Of a stretch of 64,000 bases of DNA, positions 62,311-64,000 are shown piece by piece; positions within the stretch are counted from its first letter, which is position 1; the number at the start of each line of letters is the position of its first letter. The stretch is from a virus: the IMG/VR virus record IMGVR_UViG_3300042864_001965. One strand, 5' to 3'. The translations under genes and the position numbers were made by a program. The notes beneath the pieces were generated by a model. The model was given only the letters and a program-made list of their open reading frames with translations. It was not told the origin of the DNA and did not search any database.

Positions 62311-62338
62311 TGTTTTACTCCTAAATAATTTGTTTTTG

Positions 62339-62366
62339 CTGATAACTGACAACTGATAACTAATAT
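62339..62366 (-). repeat. heptad array (CTGATAA CTGACAA CTGATAA CTAATAT)
   Basis: Starts at the stop codon of 62367-62654 and ends 28 nt before ATG 62310. Confidence 0.8.
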
Positions 62367-62654
62367 TTAGTCAGGAATATCATACTCATTACCGTACCCA
62401 GTCCAAACTCGACCAACGATTTGCTCATCAATCCATTCTTTTAGACCCGGCGATAATTCAAGTGTTGTAATGACTGAATATGATGCAATTGGATCGTCGA
62501 ACACTACATAATATTGTTCAGTGTTTTCAATTTGCGAACAAGGTAATAAATTCTCGTAAGTATCTAAAACACATAGTATGTATTTCGTACTGACAATAAC
62601 AGCAATTCTGCCGCCTGACCTCAAAGAAACACCTTCGATGCGAATACTTTTCAT
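62367..62654 (-). CDS. hypothetical protein (start at MKSIRIEG)
   Basis: The first 11 residues of the track ORF are a translation of the heptad/RBS cassette. Confidence 0.5.
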   Translation of the reverse strand: MKSIRIEGVSLRSGGRIAVIVSTKYILCVLDTYENLLPCSQIENTEQYYVVFDDPIASYSVITTLELSPGLKEWIDEQIVGRVWTGYGNEYDIPD

Positions 62655-62680
62655 TTTTTTGACCCCTAAATAATTGTTAG

Positions 62681-62715
62681 CTGACAACTGATGACTGACA
62701 ACTGATAACTAGTAT
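62681..62715 (-). repeat. heptad array (CTGACAA CTGATGA CTGACAA CTGATAA CTAGTAT)
   Basis: Abuts the stop of 62717-63154. Confidence 0.8.
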
Positions 62716-62716
62716 A

Positions 62717-63154
62717 TTAAAACTCTTGCCATGTCATTGGGTCGGTCATTGGTTCGCTGTATCGACTTAAATCCGACGGCTCAGTATCATCATAAATAAA
62801 ATCGTCTGTACGTTCATTAGAAGGAATCTCGTAGCAACGCCCTCCGCAATCCACGAATCCCATCGTAGAGGAAATAACAAAAGATTTTTTGACGGGTTGA
62901 AATTTAATCTCAGGTAATTCGCGGTTGGGAAGTTTCCCATCGGGACTAAACCCACGACTTAACTTGCCATTAAAGGTATCGAAAAACCATTCTTTACCAG
63001 TTTGCTGACAAGTGACTCGGAGGGTCGTTATTTGTCCCTCTCCCCATACTTCAAGAGCGACACGGTGCTTTTGACCTTTGGCGATCATAGTGAAATTGCC
63101 AGATACGACGGGGACGGAGTTAGATTTGACAGATACGCGATTGGATGCTAACAT
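62717..63154 (-). CDS. hypothetical protein, first gene of the leftward small-gene operon
   Basis: 145-aa ORF behind the promoter at 63234-63263. Confidence 0.5.
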   Translation of the reverse strand: MLASNRVSVKSNSVPVVSGNFTMIAKGQKHRVALEVWGEGQITTLRVTCQQTGKEWFFDTFNGKLSRGFSPDGKLPNRELPEIKFQPVKKSFVISSTMGFVDCGGRCYEIPSNERTDDFIYDDTEPSDLSRYSEPMTDPMTWQEF

Positions 63155-63233
63155 GACTTAGACCTAATAAGGGTTAACGGAAAGGCGATCACACTAAGTG
63201 GAATTGGGAGTGGTCGTCTTTCTCTATATCTGT

Positions 63234-63263
63234 ATATTACCGTAAAGTCAGTAATATTGTCAA
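63234..63263 (-). promoter_or_regulatory. sigma70-type leftward promoter
   Basis: Minus strand: TTGACA (63263-63258), 18 nt, TAATAT (63239-63234). Divergent from the Cro-like gene. Confidence 0.5.
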
Positions 63264-63315
63264 GCATTATTCCAAAAAAAGTTATAATAAATTATAGAGA
63301 CACAAAACTAATACA

Positions 63316-63519
63316 ATGGTACTAAAAAACAGAGTCAAGGAATTTACAGAATCTAGAGGCATCACAATCTATAAATTCATTCAGCAAACAGGGATTGCGA
63401 TGTCCACGGGATACAAGCTATCTCAGAATCCTAATCACTTGCCGTCTATCACAGTTTTGCAGGTAATCTGTGATAGGTACGAGATACAGCCTAACGAAAT
63501 TGTCTATTGGATTGATTGA
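63316..63519 (+). CDS. Cro/C1-type XRE HTH protein
   Basis: RVKEFTESRGITIYKFIQQTGIAMSTGYKLSQN is an XRE-type HTH. 67 aa. Confidence 0.6.
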   Translation: MVLKNRVKEFTESRGITIYKFIQQTGIAMSTGYKLSQNPNHLPSITVLQVICDRYEIQPNEIVYWID

Positions 63520-63554
63520 AAAGCTAGAATTAAGGAAAATGTAGGCTAGGACAA

Positions 63555-64000
63555 ATGAAGCAAATTACAGCAATATTTAACACTTATCTGAAAAAAACTC
63601 CAGACTCAGCGTCTGATTTGAAAGAAGATCAGTTAATTTTTGTAGAAAAAAATCGAAATTATCCTGTAGATAAAGTTTTATCTGAATATGGATTGCACAT
63701 TCAGGTAAAACTTAGCTACAGCGCAGGTGATTGGTGGATATTCAAGCCGCATTGGGATTTATCTGATTTACCTAATACCTTACCTGTGACAGCCGTTTTT
63801 AAGTTTCCTGTAAGTCGATCTCCTAAGTTGATTGAAGGAATTTTGCAATTTTATCGAGGAAATGATAAAGCAATTGAAGTAGTGGCTACCAGTGGCTCAA
63901 TTGGGTATCAATACCGAAGTGCCGAAAAAATTGTAGGCAAGGGACAAATACCAGAAGGAAATCATTGGCAAATCAATACTAGGGGGTATTGGTTGGATAC
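63555..64000 (+). CDS. partial CDS (runs off window), hypothetical
   Basis: Own translation from ATG 63555: MKQITAIFNTYLKKTPDSASDLKEDQLIFVEKNRNYPVDKVLSEYGLHIQVKLSYSAGDWWIFKPHW...ATSGSIGYQYRSAEKIVGKGQIPEGNHWQIN. Open to the window end. Confidence 0.45.
   Translation, partial: MKQITAIFNTYLKKTPDSASDLKEDQLIFVEKNRNYPVDKVLSEYGLHIQVKLSYSAGDWWIFKPHWDLSDLPNTLPVTAVFKFPVSRSPKLIEGILQFYRGNDKAIEVVATSGSIGYQYRSAEKIVGKGQIPEGNHWQINTRGYWLD

Noticed and set aside
17663-62715. Heptad arrays as CRISPR-like or as coding repeats (several track ORFs start by translating them, e.g. MSVISKNKLF, MSANNYLGVKK)
   Set aside because: These are 7-bp tandem units without spacers. The ORF extensions lack Shine-Dalgarno sites, whereas the internal ATGs sit behind a conserved AGGAGTAAAA box.

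Overview
AT-rich (roughly 35-40% GC by eye) siphovirus-like phage or prophage region. It is probably cyanobacterial. That is an inference from FGE-sulfatase-type proteins, heptanucleotide intergenic arrays and one HIP1 octamer in the GC-richer left flank. Almost all genes are on the minus strand. Modules I can recognise: lysis and tail-fibre genes (2.5-8.3 kb); replication genes (SF2 helicase, Zn-finger/TOPRIM primase-helicase, ParB-like; 8.3-21.9 kb) with a divergent RHH/CI-like switch at 16.3-17.2 kb; GTA-like distal-tail genes (g15-like at 24.0-26.3 kb, NlpC/P60 at 34.9-35.3 kb); a ~3,250-aa tape measure with three embedded enzyme-like domains (35.3-45.0 kb); G/GT tail chaperones with an A_AAA_AAC slippery site; tail tube and neck genes; an early region with five copies of a promoter-plus-dyad module; a C5 methyltransferase plus ParB-like gene; terminase small and large subunits on the plus strand; and a run of small genes separated by CTGATAA heptad arrays. 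Between the P60 and g15-like tail genes lies an ~8.5-kb accessory island with two tRNAs, decayed toxin-antitoxin genes, MITEs and a Rha-type regulator. The island also holds the most interesting item: an 8-repeat, 36-bp CRISPR array (29483-30028) fused head-to-tail to a RuvC-intact 567-aa TnpB/Cas12-like ORF. That ORF carries an anti-repeat in its 3' coding region and its stop codon lies inside the first repeat. There are no cas1/cas2/cas4 genes in the window. All product calls rest on motif recognition by eye, not on database searches.
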